A DNA stretch of 32,000 nt from Aciduliprofundum boonei T469 (GCF_000025665.1 NC_013926.1:1320001-1352000); one strand, 5' to 3'. Positions 1 to 10,416 are shown, counted from the first letter of the stretch. Numbers and translations are program-made. The notes: generated by a model not told the origin, from the letters alone.

Positions 1-3000
1 CCTGTTGAGCGCAGAACAATATTGGATGATATTGCAGGCATAACAAAATTCGATAATGAGATAAAGAAAGCTGAAGATAAGAAGAAGATAACGGAGGAAA
101 ACATGGGGAGAATCGAGGCAAGACTTGATGAGATTAAGAGGAATATGGAAAAACTAGAAAAGGATAGAATGGACGCTCTCAAGTACAAGGAATTGGAGGA
201 GGAGCTAAAGGAGATAAAGGCGAAAATAGCATATTTGAATATGAAAAAAGCGGAGAATTCCATTGAATCTTACAATTCTCAACTTAGAGAGCTCCAAAGT
301 GCCATAGATTCTCTTCGAGAAGAGATAGAAAAAAGGAGAAGCGAGGAAGAAGAGATAAAGAAGAAAATTGAAGAAGTGGATGCCAAGATCCGTTCCATGG
401 GCAGTGGAGAGATCGTGGAGATGAAAAATAAAATTGAAGAGCTCAAGATAAAATATGCTGAAGAGAAGATGAAGAAGGAAAACAAGGAAGACAGAATTCA
501 AGAGTACAAAGAGAGAATAAAAGATTGGAACGAGCAGCTCTCTCAGATAAGGCAGGAGTTAAAGGATAAGGAGGAAGAACTTAGATCTCTAAAAGAGAGG
601 AGAGATGCCATAAGAAAAGAGTATGAAGACAGAGCCAAGGAATTGGAGAACAAAGAGAGAAATTTGGGGAGTGCAAACGAGAAATTTAGAGAGTTGCAGA
701 GGAGAGCACTAGAAATTCAGGAAGAACTCAAAAAGCTCAGGAACGAGTATGCCACGAAAGTTGAAGAGGAGAACAAGGTTTTGGGCAATATAAGTAGAAT
801 TAAGGGAGACATTGCTGCAAAGGAAGAGAGTATGAAGGATATAGAAGCAGCCATAAAAGATGCAGAGTGGAGAATTTCCCAGTTTAAGAATGAGAACAAG
901 GATGTAGAGAAGAAAAAGAAAGCTTTAGAAAGCAGGTACTATGAACTTAGAAACGAGGAAACAAAATTGTCCAAGGAATTAAAGAAGAAAGATAATGAAG
1001 TTAAAGAATTAAGCATCGAGTATGAGAAAATCAAAGCTAGGATGGAGAGCAGTCAAGATGCCCTTAGCAGGGCAGTTATGGCAGTTTTAGCCGCTAGAGA
1101 TAGGGGGGAGTTGAGAGGCATATATGGAACGATCTCCGAGCTTGGAAATGTTGATGATAAATACGCATTGGCCATAGAGGTGGCTGCAGGAAACAGAATG
1201 ATGAGCATAGTGTGTGAGGATGATGAATCTGCAGCCAAGGCCATAGAATTCTTAAAGAGACATAAATTGGGCAGAGCCATATTCTTGCCATTAAACAAGA
1301 TGCTTCGTGGAAGACCGAGGGGAAAGGCAATTCTCGCTTCCAGAGATCCCCATGCCATAGGTTTTGCCATGGACTTAATAAAATTTGATCCCAAGTTTGA
1401 GGCTGCCTTCTGGTATGTCTTCGGAGACACTGTTATTGTGGATACTTTAGACAATGCCAGAAAACTCATGGGCGGTGTTCGCCTGGTCACTTTAGATGGT
1501 CAGCTCATAGAGGCCAGTGGAGCCATGGTTGGCGGCTCTGTTGAGCGTAAGAAGAAGGTGAGCATGGGTAACCTTGATGAGATCGGTAGAAAATTGAGGG
1601 AAGCTAGAGAGGAGCGGGAAAATATTGAAATGAGATTAAATGCCATAAGGGACGAGTTGGATAGGCTCATTGAAGAGATAAGGAACATAAAGACTCAGGA
1701 TAATTCTGCTCAACTCTCAGTCTGGCTCGAAGAGAAGAAGAAAAATCAGGAGAAATTAAAAGATATAAAGAAACAGATTGAGGAATTAGAGAAGGAAAAA
1801 AGAAATTATGAAGAGTTGAGAGAAAGCGTAAGAAATGAGATTGAGAAGATAAAGTCCAAGATTGAAGATATGGAAAAGGAAGATGCAAATCTCAGGAATA
1901 GAATGAACAATCTCATTCCTGAAAAGTTATCCAATGAGATAAAAGAGCTTCGCAACATGGTTGATTCTCTCAGAAGTAATCTGCAAAATGTTGAGAAGGA
2001 TATAGTTAAGGTTGAAGGCGAGATAAATGGATTAAAAGAAAAGGAAGATGAAATAACCAAAAATATTGAGAACGCAAAGGAAGAGATTAAAAATATGGAA
2101 AAAGATATAGAAAATTCAGAAAAGGTAATGGAAGATATACATCTTGAGAGGAGGAAACTTGAAGAAGTAGTGAGGAAAGAGGAAGAGAAGATAAAGGACT
2201 TAGTAGATGAGAGAGACAAGCTTGTTAAAAATAAGGAGAGGATCGTGAAAGAGATATCCAAGAAAGAGGGAGACATAAAAGTAAAGGATAGTTTAAAGAT
2301 ACATATCATCGCAAAACTCAATGAAGAGCAGGGAAAATACGAAGAAGCAAAGAGAGAATACGAGAGCTACGGCATCGATGTTAAGAATGTCGAATCTATA
2401 TCTTCGTTAAAGAATAGATTAAATGATGTGCAAGCACAAATGATGTCTATGGGTCCCGTCAATATGAGAAGCATAGAGGAGTACGATGAGGAGAAAGAAA
2501 GATACGATAAATTGAAGGAAGAGTATAAGAATTTGGAAAAGGAAAAGAAAAATCTACTAGAACTTGTTAGGGAATTGAACGGAAAGAAGAAGGATGGGTT
2601 GATGAAGGTTTACAACGCCATAAACGAGAATTTCAAGAAAATATACAAGGAGATAAGCAATGGCGGTGAGGCCGAGATTTTGCTTGAAAATCCAGAAAAT
2701 CCGTTCAAAGGAGGACTTATAATAAAAGTCAAGCCAGTTGGCAAGAAATTCGTGAGGTTGGAATCTCTAAGTGGGGGTGAGAAGAGTTTAACGGCCTTAG
2801 CATTCATATTTGCCATACAGCAATACGATCCATCTCCGTTCTATGTACTTGATGAAGTTGACATGTTCTTAGATGGAATGAATGCAGAGATGGTTGGCAG
2901 GATAATAAAGAGAAATTCTAGGACAGCTCAGTTCATAGTCATCTCGCTCAGAAAAGCAACTTTGAAATTCGCCGATTATGTGATTGGCGTAACACAGCAG

Positions 3001-3063
3001 GGTGATGGTTTATCAAGGGTATTCTCACAGAACATTCCGGGGGTGAGTGAGGGTGCAGCATGA
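1..3063 (+). CDS. smc: SMC chromosome segregation ATPase, 5'-truncated by window start
   Basis: The frame is open from nt 1 (PVERRTI precedes the TTG at 22). Long K/E-rich coiled-coil arms flank a hinge (GIYGTISELG..AIEVAAG). The C-terminal ABC signature is LSGGEKSLTALAFIFAIQ, followed by Walker B FYVLDEVD. Confidence 0.92.
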   Translation, partial: PVERRTILDDIAGITKFDNEIKKAEDKKKITEENMGRIEARLDEIKRNMEKLEKDRMDALKYKELEEELKEIKAKIAYLNMKKAENSIESYNSQLRELQSAIDSLREEIEKRRSEEEEIKKKIEEVDAKIRSMGSGEIVEMKNKIEELKIKYAEEKMKKENKEDRIQEYKERIKDWNEQLSQIRQELKDKEEELRSLKERRDAIRKEYEDRAKELENKERNLGSANEKFRELQRRALEIQEELKKLRNEYATKVEEENKVLGNISRIKGDIAAKEESMKDIEAAIKDAEWRISQFKNENKDVEKKKKALESRYYELRNEETKLSKELKKKDNEVKELSIEYEKIKARMESSQDALSRAVMAVLAARDRGELRGIYGTISELGNVDDKYALAIEVAAGNRMMSIVCEDDESAAKAIEFLKRHKLGRAIFLPLNKMLRGRPRGKAILASRDPHAIGFAMDLIKFDPKFEAAFWYVFGDTVIVDTLDNARKLMGGVRLVTLDGQLIEASGAMVGGSVERKKKVSMGNLDEIGRKLREAREERENIEMRLNAIRDELDRLIEEIRNIKTQDNSAQLSVWLEEKKKNQEKLKDIKKQIEELEKEKRNYEELRESVRNEIEKIKSKIEDMEKEDANLRNRMNNLIPEKLSNEIKELRNMVDSLRSNLQNVEKDIVKVEGEINGLKEKEDEITKNIENAKEEIKNMEKDIENSEKVMEDIHLERRKLEEVVRKEEEKIKDLVDERDKLVKNKERIVKEISKKEGDIKVKDSLKIHIIAKLNEEQGKYEEAKREYESYGIDVKNVESISSLKNRLNDVQAQMMSMGPVNMRSIEEYDEEKERYDKLKEEYKNLEKEKKNLLELVRELNGKKKDGLMKVYNAINENFKKIYKEISNGGEAEILLENPENPFKGGLIIKVKPVGKKFVRLESLSGGEKSLTALAFIFAIQQYDPSPFYVLDEVDMFLDGMNAEMVGRIIKRNSRTAQFIVISLRKATLKFADYVIGVTQQGDGLSRVFSQNIPGVSEGAA

Positions 3064-3079
3064 GATAACTGAGCATCTT

Positions 3080-3910
3080 ATGTACTACAAAGCACTCTTG
3101 GATGAGGACATTGATGTGGATTATTACATACACATGGCGCAGAGTTTAGAGGATGGGATACACATAACTGCAAAAAACCCTGTAGATAAGGCAATAGCAA
3201 TAGTTTTTGAATTAGTTATGGATGAGAAGCTTGACCCTTGGAAGATTGATTTGATAAAATTCACAAAACTCTATATGGAGAGGGTAAAGAAGGAGAAAGA
3301 TATAGATTTCATAATTGCGGGCAAGATAATACATATGGCTTGGAACATACTTATGAGAAAGAGCGAGGATGTGCTTGACGAGGTGGAGAGAGAGGTCTAC
3401 TATGTGGATTCAGATTTCTTTGATATAGACATATCTCCATTCGAACCCTACGAAGAAGAAATCATAGATGTGGAGCCAGATATTGAGATAAAAGAACCTG
3501 TTAGAAGAGAGGAAGAGAGACCTGTAAGCTTAATGGAACTTCTCCAGGCAATAAATGAAGCGAGAAGAGAAGTGGAGATGAAGAAGAAGCAGAGGAAGAT
3601 AAGAGAGAAATTCAAATTCAATTTAGATGAGAAGGTGCATAGGGAAGATTTGGAGGAAGAAATAAAGGAAGTATGGTCCCGCTTGAGCGATGTAAATGGA
3701 GATGAGATACCATTATCCCTTCTTTACGATGGAACTAGGGAAGATTTCATAAAAGTTTTCTTGTCTCTCTTATTTTTAGAGAGATTCAAAAAGGTAGAAT
3801 TGCAGCAATATGTGCCTTATGGTGAGATAAACATAAGAATATTGGTGCCCCAGGAGCTTAGAAACATAGAGTTTATGAACCCACCAGAGATAAGAATAGA
3901 ATCTATTTAG
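3080..3910 (+). CDS. scpA: Segregation and condensation protein A (kleisin ScpA)
   Basis: Lies immediately after smc and contains the ScpA-type motif DPWKIDLIKFTKLY. ATG 3080 is preferred. GTG 3047 is an alternative start that overlaps smc by 17 nt. Confidence 0.8.
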   Translation: MYYKALLDEDIDVDYYIHMAQSLEDGIHITAKNPVDKAIAIVFELVMDEKLDPWKIDLIKFTKLYMERVKKEKDIDFIIAGKIIHMAWNILMRKSEDVLDEVEREVYYVDSDFFDIDISPFEPYEEEIIDVEPDIEIKEPVRREEERPVSLMELLQAINEARREVEMKKKQRKIREKFKFNLDEKVHREDLEEEIKEVWSRLSDVNGDEIPLSLLYDGTREDFIKVFLSLLFLERFKKVELQQYVPYGEINIRILVPQELRNIEFMNPPEIRIESI

Positions 3911-4184
3911 CTTTTTCAAACTCTTTTTCCATTTCTTCAAATACCTTTTCCAATCTTTTCGCTGCTCTCTTTATGGCTGCCTGCGGCTTACCGCTCTTCA
4001 CTCTTATCTTCAAAGTAGGGTTTTCAAGATAAGGATGGTCATAATGGTAAATGGCCTGCTCAACCATTTCATCTTTATTTAATTCTTCCACGAGTGGAAT
4101 GAGTAAAGTTCTATCCGCATTAATGACCTCTAAAATCATCTCATTCTTCTCCTTCGAAATGATCTTGAACTCCATCTCCTTCAT
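3903..4184 (-). CDS. rpoL: DNA-directed RNA polymerase subunit L (Rpo11)
   Basis: 93 aa. The layout ([24 protein letters not shown]...A) matches archaeal RpoL/Rpb11-like proteins. It overlaps the scpA 3' end convergently by 8 nt. Confidence 0.8.
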   Translation of the reverse strand: MKEMEFKIISKEKNEMILEVINADRTLLIPLVEELNKDEMVEQAIYHYDHPYLENPTLKIRVKSGKPQAAIKRAAKRLEKVFEEMEKEFEKAK

Positions 4185-4275
4185 AAACTGGGTTAAATTT
4201 CCCTATTATTTAATTATTCCGATATACTTTCATAAGTTTAAAATACAAAAAAGGCAATATGGAAACGGTGTAAAT

Positions 4276-5460
4276 ATGGCAAAGGACCTTATTGACAGCG
4301 ATGTGATAGATTACGATTATGATCGTGATGAGTTGTTGAGGCAGATTAGGATATTGGAAGATGAAAAGAGGTATTTAGAATCTGAACTGAGAAGATTGCA
4401 GGGGGATATTGAGCGTTTACGCAAGGAAATAAACAGAATGAAATCCCCACCATTACTTGTTGGGACAATCGAAGACATAATTGATGATAATAGAATCGTT
4501 GTACGAAGTAGTGCAGGCCCAACATTTATAGTCAATGCTTCATCCTATGTACCCAAGGAGAAAATTAAGCCCGGGGCAAAAGTGGCGTTAAATAAGCAAA
4601 CATTTGCAATAGTGCATATGATTCCAGAATCATACGATCCAGCCATAACTGCAGCTGAGATAATAGAAAAACCAAGGGTCACTTACGATGATATAGGAGG
4701 TTTGAAAAAGCAGATTAGAGAGATAAGAGAAGCCGTTGAGCTACCTCTTTTAAAGCCAGAATTGTACAAGAAGGTTGGTATTGAGCCACCTAAGGGGGTT
4801 TTACTTGCAGGTCCCCCAGGTACAGGTAAGACCCTTTTAGCAAAGGCCGTTGCTCACCACACTCACGCCACATTTATTCGCACCGTTGGAAGCGAGCTCG
4901 TTAGGAAATACATAGGGGAAGGTGCCAAACTCGTGCGGGAATTATTTGACTTAGCAAGAAAAAAAGCACCAAGCATAGTTTTCATTGACGAGATAGATGC
5001 CATAGGTGCCCGCCGTCTTGATATGGCTACAAGTGGAGATAGAGAAGTACAGCGTACCCTTATGCAACTTCTTGCAGAATTAGATGGTTTTGAGCCTTTG
5101 GATAATGTAAAGATTATAGCAGCTACGAATCGCCCCGACATACTTGATGAAGCATTGCTTAGGCCCGGGAGATTTGATAGGATAATTCAAGTACCATATC
5201 CTGATTACGATGCTAGAATCGAAATTCTAAAGATTCACACGAGGAGAATGAATTTAAAAGATGTGAACCTTGAAAAAATTGCAAAGAAAACTGACGGTTT
5301 TAGCGGAGCGGATCTGAAAGTCATATGTATGGAAGCGGGAATGTTCGCCATAAGGGACGAGAGAGATTATGTAACTCAGGAAGATTTTGAAAATGCCATA
5401 AGGAAATTCTTGCATGCTGACGATCTCAGGAAGGAGATACCTGGAGAGATGTTTGCATAA
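4276..5460 (+). CDS. pan: Proteasome-activating nucleotidase PAN (AAA+)
   Basis: N-terminal coiled coil, an OB-like segment ([21 protein letters not shown]), Walker A GPPGTGKT, Walker B VFIDEIDA, and a hydrophobic-aromatic-X C-terminus (MFA). ATG 4276 was chosen because the track extension 4051-4275 is antisense to rpoL and covers the promoter region. Confidence 0.9.
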   Translation: MAKDLIDSDVIDYDYDRDELLRQIRILEDEKRYLESELRRLQGDIERLRKEINRMKSPPLLVGTIEDIIDDNRIVVRSSAGPTFIVNASSYVPKEKIKPGAKVALNKQTFAIVHMIPESYDPAITAAEIIEKPRVTYDDIGGLKKQIREIREAVELPLLKPELYKKVGIEPPKGVLLAGPPGTGKTLLAKAVAHHTHATFIRTVGSELVRKYIGEGAKLVRELFDLARKKAPSIVFIDEIDAIGARRLDMATSGDREVQRTLMQLLAELDGFEPLDNVKIIAATNRPDILDEALLRPGRFDRIIQVPYPDYDARIEILKIHTRRMNLKDVNLEKIAKKTDGFSGADLKVICMEAGMFAIRDERDYVTQEDFENAIRKFLHADDLRKEIPGEMFA

Positions 5461-5480
5461 CAAGCCAGAAGGGTTAAAAT

Positions 5481-6971
5481 ATGTCAGAAGTTGAAGTTAA
5501 GCATCTTGGAGAGGGATATATGGATAGCGCTTCCCTTAAAAAAGTTGGAGTGATTTACGGGGATGTAGGTACAACGCAGTTTACCTGCAATGTTATAGGA
5601 AATTTAGAGCAGGGAGATTATGTTCAAGTATATCACGAAAGATTTGGCTGGGTTTTAGGCAAGGTTGATGAAATAAAGAGAAAAACAAATTTAACCTTAG
5701 AGAAGGCCATAAAATTGCAAGATGATGATTTTACTGTGAAAGAAATAGTGGCTGCAACGGTTGTTGTTATAGGTTATAGAGATGAGCGTGGACTCTTGCA
5801 ATTTCCTCGCACTCCTTTCAATGTTGGAAGCATAGTTTACAAAGCTGAGGAGGAGTTTATAAAGAAAGTCATAGGCATAAAGGATATAAGGGAAAAAGGT
5901 GCTTATATAGGGCGCCTCTATCGCTACAGAAAAATTCCTATTTATCTGGATATAAATGTAATGGTCCAAAAGCATGTTAGCATCTTAGCAAAAACAGGAG
6001 CTGGAAAGAGCTATCTAACAGGAGTGCTTCTTGAAGAATTTTTAAAGCATAATGTAACTGCAGTTGTTATAGATCCCCATGGTGAGTACATTTCGCTGAG
6101 AACTCCAAGTAAAAAGACCAAATTGCATCAAGAGTTTGGAGTTCTGCCAAGGGGATATGAGGGCAAGATTAATGTTTTCACTCCAGATGTACAGTTAAAT
6201 AAAGGAAAGCCCTTAAAATTCACACTATCTTCAATGACCTCAAGAGAGCTTTTAAATTTAATGAACCTTGATGCTAGGCAATACCTCATACCTCTCCGAA
6301 AAGCCATGGATTTGCTTAAAACCTCTAGGCAATACTATACTATAAAAGATGTTATGAGAGTTCTAGAAAGTGAGGAAAACAATGCCCTTCAACCTCTTCT
6401 TTCTCAGCTTGAATATCTGGACGAAATGGGAATATTTGATAAAAGAGGTACGAAAATCAACGAAATTGTGCAGCGTGGAAAATTGTCCATAATAAATCTC
6501 AGAGGTGTGCCTCCAGACATACAAGAGCTCGTGGTACAGCGTCTTTCAATGGCCCTATTTGAGTTGAGGAAGAGAAATAAGATTCCACCTTTAATGCTCG
6601 TTGTGGAGGAAGCACATAACTATGCACCCCAGCAGGGGACATCATCATCCACGAAAATTCTGCGTACAATAGCATCTGAAGGAAGAAAATTTGGGCTTGG
6701 ACTATGCATTATATCTCAAAGACCTGCAAAGGTTGATAAAAATATACTCTCCCAGTGCAACACCCAGATAATACTACGAGTTACAAATCCCAACGATTTG
6801 AGAGCAATTGGCAATTCAGTTGAAGGTCTCACAAAGGGCTCTTTAGAAGAGATTCAAAGATTGCCTGTAGGCGTAGCCCTTGTCACTGGGGGAAATATAC
6901 CCATGCCTCTCTTTGTGGAAATAAGGCCTCGAGAAACAAAGCATGGTGGTGAGAGCGTAAAGGTTGTGTGA
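5481..6971 (+). CDS. HerA/FtsK-superfamily ATPase (DUF87-type, HerA-like)
   Basis: Walker A KTGAGKSY, Walker B-like PLMLVVEEAH, a downstream CIISQRP motif, and an N-terminal barrel-like region ahead of the ATPase core. Confidence 0.72.
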   Translation: MSEVEVKHLGEGYMDSASLKKVGVIYGDVGTTQFTCNVIGNLEQGDYVQVYHERFGWVLGKVDEIKRKTNLTLEKAIKLQDDDFTVKEIVAATVVVIGYRDERGLLQFPRTPFNVGSIVYKAEEEFIKKVIGIKDIREKGAYIGRLYRYRKIPIYLDINVMVQKHVSILAKTGAGKSYLTGVLLEEFLKHNVTAVVIDPHGEYISLRTPSKKTKLHQEFGVLPRGYEGKINVFTPDVQLNKGKPLKFTLSSMTSRELLNLMNLDARQYLIPLRKAMDLLKTSRQYYTIKDVMRVLESEENNALQPLLSQLEYLDEMGIFDKRGTKINEIVQRGKLSIINLRGVPPDIQELVVQRLSMALFELRKRNKIPPLMLVVEEAHNYAPQQGTSSSTKILRTIASEGRKFGLGLCIISQRPAKVDKNILSQCNTQIILRVTNPNDLRAIGNSVEGLTKGSLEEIQRLPVGVALVTGGNIPMPLFVEIRPRETKHGGESVKVV

Positions 6972-7005
6972 TAATATTTTTAAATTTTCTAAATATACCT
7001 GCTCT

Positions 7006-7299
7006 ATGAATAATGTGGTAAGCGATGAGATATTGGACCATTATTTTGAGGTAACAGAGAGAGCATATAATATTGTAAAAATCTCAGTGCCTCAAAGCTC
7101 ACACTTTTATCCAATTGCAAAGGACTTTTTGAATATGGCTAAGGCGTATATAGAGGATGCAAAGTACTTTCGCAGCAAAGGAGATTATATCCGAGCACTT
7201 GGCTCAATTTATTATGCTCATGGATGGTTAGACGCTGGAGCAAGGCTAGGAATATTCGATGTGGGAGAAAATCATGAGTTATTCACTCTTGCAAAATGA
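7006..7299 (+). CDS. Small conserved archaeal protein, DUF357-like (family recalled from the YYAHGWLDAGARLG motif, not verified)
   Basis: 97-aa helical ORF directly after the HerA-like gene. ATG 7006 is preferred over the GTG-type start at 6964. Confidence 0.45.
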   Translation: MNNVVSDEILDHYFEVTERAYNIVKISVPQSSHFYPIAKDFLNMAKAYIEDAKYFRSKGDYIRALGSIYYAHGWLDAGARLGIFDVGENHELFTLAK

Positions 7300-8694
7300 T
7301 TATAATCTTGCAACTGCCAAAAACAAGTTCTTTCTCTTTTCAATAACCAGACCTTTCTGCAATAATTCTTTTAGAATTTTTTCAGCATTTTCCACCCCCC
7401 TTTCACCCAACTTTTTCTCGAAATAAAAGAAACTCCAGCCCTCTGGCTTCAAAATATTAAGTTCCCAAAGCACTCTATTTATTACTCTCTCAATTCTTCT
7501 TCTCTCATCCAAGGAAGATAGCTCTCTCCGCAATCTATCTTGGAGCACATCTTCAATTCTTTCAAAGAGTGTATCATACAATCCCATTATTTTTTCCTCT
7601 GCATCCTGCATTCCTAATCTCCTCCAAGAATCAATCAATCTAACAGTATGCTCTCCAAAACCATTTACATCGGCTATATCCATAACAATTCCAACTTTCA
7701 TTGCCTCTGTTAGCAGCGGGAATTCTTTTTCTATCTTTAAAATCAATTTTTCCTTTGCCCTTTCCATCCTGTTTGTATCAATCTCCGGAGCCTCCAAATG
7801 CTTTTTCACAACGAAAGATAAAATATCCACAGCATATTCTTTTAAATCTTCAACATCAAATTTCATCTCTTCAGCGTAGGGTATAAATGGAATCTCGGCA
7901 GAGCCAATTAAATTTTCAATTTTTATTGTAGATTCTGTTATTGCACTCTTTTCCCATTCTTTGCCCCTTCTAGTGGGGTAGAACCTCAGCGCATTATTTA
8001 AATTCAGATGAGTATATTTAATCTTCAATGGGTGTAAAACTCTGATCTCAATCGGTTCATCATATACCACCTCAACCTTTGTAGAATTTCTGGTGAGAAT
8101 CGAAGGAAGCAAACTCATCAAAATCCTCACATCTTTGAAATTGGAAGTATAATATTTGGAAAGAGAGTCCAATAAAGTAACTGTGCAACCTCCAATCCTG
8201 CTTTCATATATCCCTGAGGAAATGAAGAAGGAAAGCATCACATCCCTCGAAGTTTCTGGAAATGCAGAATCAAATAGATTGTAAATCCTTCCTCCATCTA
8301 AACCAGATTTCTCCATAACCAGATAATCCTCTATTTTCGCTATTTCAAAATTTTCCACTAGCAAGAACCTTCCTTTCATATTCGAAAATTGAGATAAATC
8401 GTATATCTTCCCCCTTACAATTCCGCAGCAACCCTTCAATCTCACCCATTTAGGCACGATAATGGGCATAATTGGAAAGCCATTTTCTGGAAAGGGTGTT
8501 ATGCCTTTTACTTCAAAATCTCCAATTATAGGCGCAATTTTAGTCCATAGGGCTTTTCTTATTATCCCACTATTTTGAAGTTTGACAATAAATCCTTCGA
8601 AATCTGCAAATTCTCCTATCTTTAGTGTGTTTTTCAAGAATCTCAATTTCAGTTTTTCGGGTAACCTTTGAGGATAAAAATAATCCTCCATCAT
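7300..8694 (-). CDS. Hypothetical protein, 464 aa, with a winged-helix-like C-terminus
   Basis: Long uninterrupted ORF whose start overlaps the upstream 82-aa gene stop (ATGA at 8691-8694). No Walker motif is present. The C-terminal segment AEKILKELLQKGLVIEKRK looks like a wHTH. Confidence 0.6.
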   Translation of the reverse strand: MMEDYFYPQRLPEKLKLRFLKNTLKIGEFADFEGFIVKLQNSGIIRKALWTKIAPIIGDFEVKGITPFPENGFPIMPIIVPKWVRLKGCCGIVRGKIYDLSQFSNMKGRFLLVENFEIAKIEDYLVMEKSGLDGGRIYNLFDSAFPETSRDVMLSFFISSGIYESRIGGCTVTLLDSLSKYYTSNFKDVRILMSLLPSILTRNSTKVEVVYDEPIEIRVLHPLKIKYTHLNLNNALRFYPTRRGKEWEKSAITESTIKIENLIGSAEIPFIPYAEEMKFDVEDLKEYAVDILSFVVKKHLEAPEIDTNRMERAKEKLILKIEKEFPLLTEAMKVGIVMDIADVNGFGEHTVRLIDSWRRLGMQDAEEKIMGLYDTLFERIEDVLQDRLRRELSSLDERRRIERVINRVLWELNILKPEGWSFFYFEKKLGERGVENAEKILKELLQKGLVIEKRKNLFLAVARL

Positions 8695-8939
8695 CTGTAA
8701 ACACTATACTTATAAAGCAAATCTATAAGCCTCTTTGCAAGACTCTCGTTTATTACACCCTCATCTCTCTTCTTCAATATGTAATCTCTTGCTTCTCTGA
8801 TTCCGTAATTTGAGGCCTTGGCATATATTGTTCCCTTTAAAGAACCTTGAATCCCTTCTGGCAGCTCTTTTAAAAGCTGACCTAACATATATCTGAATTC
8901 ATAGTCCTTCCTCATATTTAACTTTCTTATCTTTTTCAC
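8691..8939 (-). CDS. Hypothetical small protein, 82 aa
   Basis: The ORF is preceded by an AT-rich TATA-like element (ATTTATATT on the minus strand, about 25 nt upstream). It is translationally coupled to the 464-aa gene. Confidence 0.5.
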   Translation of the reverse strand: MKKIRKLNMRKDYEFRYMLGQLLKELPEGIQGSLKGTIYAKASNYGIREARDYILKKRDEGVINESLAKRLIDLLYKYSVYR

Positions 8940-8976
8940 ATCTCTTGCATGCTCTACCCAATAATATAAATTGTGG

Positions 8977-10416
8977 TTAAAACTCTTCCAAATCTGATTG
9001 AAATCTTATTTTTTCTCCCTTTATCTGCACAGGATATTTACCTGTTAAACATCCCAAGCACAAATCCCCATAGGGCAACCCTATTGCCTTCACCAATCCT
9101 TCTATGCTTATATATCCAAGGGAATCTGCTCCTATAATCTCTCTTATTTCTTCGACGCTTTTTTCCGCTGCTATGAATTGGTCTCTTGTTTTCATATCTA
9201 TTCCAAGATAGCATGGTGCTATTATTGGTGGTGAGCCAACGCGCACATGCACTTCTTCTGCACCTGCTTCTTTTAACATTTTTACTATTTTTCTCATGGT
9301 ATTTCCCCTAACAATGCTATCATCTACAAGCACAATTTTCTTTCCTTTTATCACGGACTTCACAGGGCTTAACTTCATATTTATCTCCATAACCCTTGTT
9401 TCCTGAGAAGGCAAAATGAATGTCCTCTCAACATACCTGTTTTTCATCAACCCCTCTGCATATGGTATTCCACTTCTTTCAGAGTAACCTATTGCATGAG
9501 CTCTACCCGAATCTGGAACTGGCACTACAAAATCTGCCTGAACAGGATGCTCTTCTGCCAATATTCGTCCAATCTCCCTGCGCACATCGTAAACACACCT
9601 TCCATCGATCACACTATCTGCCCTCGCAAAGTAAACATATTCAAACATGCAATGTGCTTTGTGTTTCTTCTTGAAAATGTGATGAGTTATAAACCCTTTA
9701 TGAGTTATCTCTACAATCTCTCCCGGCTCAACATCCCTTATAAATTTTCCACCTATTGAATGGAAAGCTGTACTCTCAGAGGCCAATCCATATCCACCAT
9801 CTATTTTCCCCAATACCAAGGGCCTGATTCCAAGGGGGTCTCTTATTGCAAATAAGCGATTATCTATTAGGATTGCAAGAGAGAAAGAGCCTCTCAACCT
9901 TCTAACCATATTTTTTAGGGATTCTACAACATCATGCTTACTCAACTCATATGCCAAAACCCTAGCTATTACCTCACTATCTGCCTTGGTTATGAAGGCT
10001 GCACCTATCTCATTCAGAAAATCCTTCAACTCTCCAACATTAACTATCTCACCATTATGTGCCACTGCTATTTTATGCTCTTTTGTGTATATCCTTATTG
10101 GCTGTGCGTTTTCTATTGAAGAGCTGCCAGTGGTAGAATACCTCACATGGCCAATTCCAACATTTCCTTTCAAAGACTCTAAAATCGTAGAATTAAAAAC
10201 TTCGTGAACCAGACCCATTCCCTTATAGAGAGAAACATCCTCTTTAGAGTATATGGCAATGCCTGCACTTTCTTGACCACGATGCTGCAAAGCCCTTAAA
10301 GAGAAATACAAAAGATGAGAAACATCGTAGATGGAAGAGAAACCAGCTATCCCGCAATACTCATTTCTTTTTCTTTGCCCATGAGTATGAGCGCATTCTT
10401 GGAGCGGGATAACCAC
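8977..10416 (-). CDS. purF: Amidophosphoribosyltransferase (glutamine PRPP amidotransferase)
   Basis: Ntn-type catalytic CGIAGF, PRPP-binding loop VLVDDSIVRGNT, and C-terminal cysteines (PCYLGID, CLGC) of the Fe-S type. The only in-frame start upstream of the catalytic Cys is GTG 10416. Confidence 0.85.
   Translation of the reverse strand: MVIPLQECAHTHGQRKRNEYCGIAGFSSIYDVSHLLYFSLRALQHRGQESAGIAIYSKEDVSLYKGMGLVHEVFNSTILESLKGNVGIGHVRYSTTGSSSIENAQPIRIYTKEHKIAVAHNGEIVNVGELKDFLNEIGAAFITKADSEVIARVLAYELSKHDVVESLKNMVRRLRGSFSLAILIDNRLFAIRDPLGIRPLVLGKIDGGYGLASESTAFHSIGGKFIRDVEPGEIVEITHKGFITHHIFKKKHKAHCMFEYVYFARADSVIDGRCVYDVRREIGRILAEEHPVQADFVVPVPDSGRAHAIGYSERSGIPYAEGLMKNRYVERTFILPSQETRVMEINMKLSPVKSVIKGKKIVLVDDSIVRGNTMRKIVKMLKEAGAEEVHVRVGSPPIIAPCYLGIDMKTRDQFIAAEKSVEEIREIIGADSLGYISIEGLVKAIGLPYGDLCLGCLTGKYPVQIKGEKIRFQSDLEEF

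Noticed and set aside
205-2321. Several antisense ORFs inside smc (for example 205-501, 1806-2321), translated as Ser/Phe/Leu-rich proteins
   Set aside because: They are mirror images of the K/E-rich coiled-coil coding sequence: purine-rich sense, pyrimidine-rich antisense with few stops. They are low-complexity and have no start context.
4051-4275. 5' extension of the PAN ORF in the track (469 aa)
   Set aside because: The extension is antisense to rpoL and runs through the AT-rich divergent promoter. The PAN-like sequence begins only at ATG 4276.
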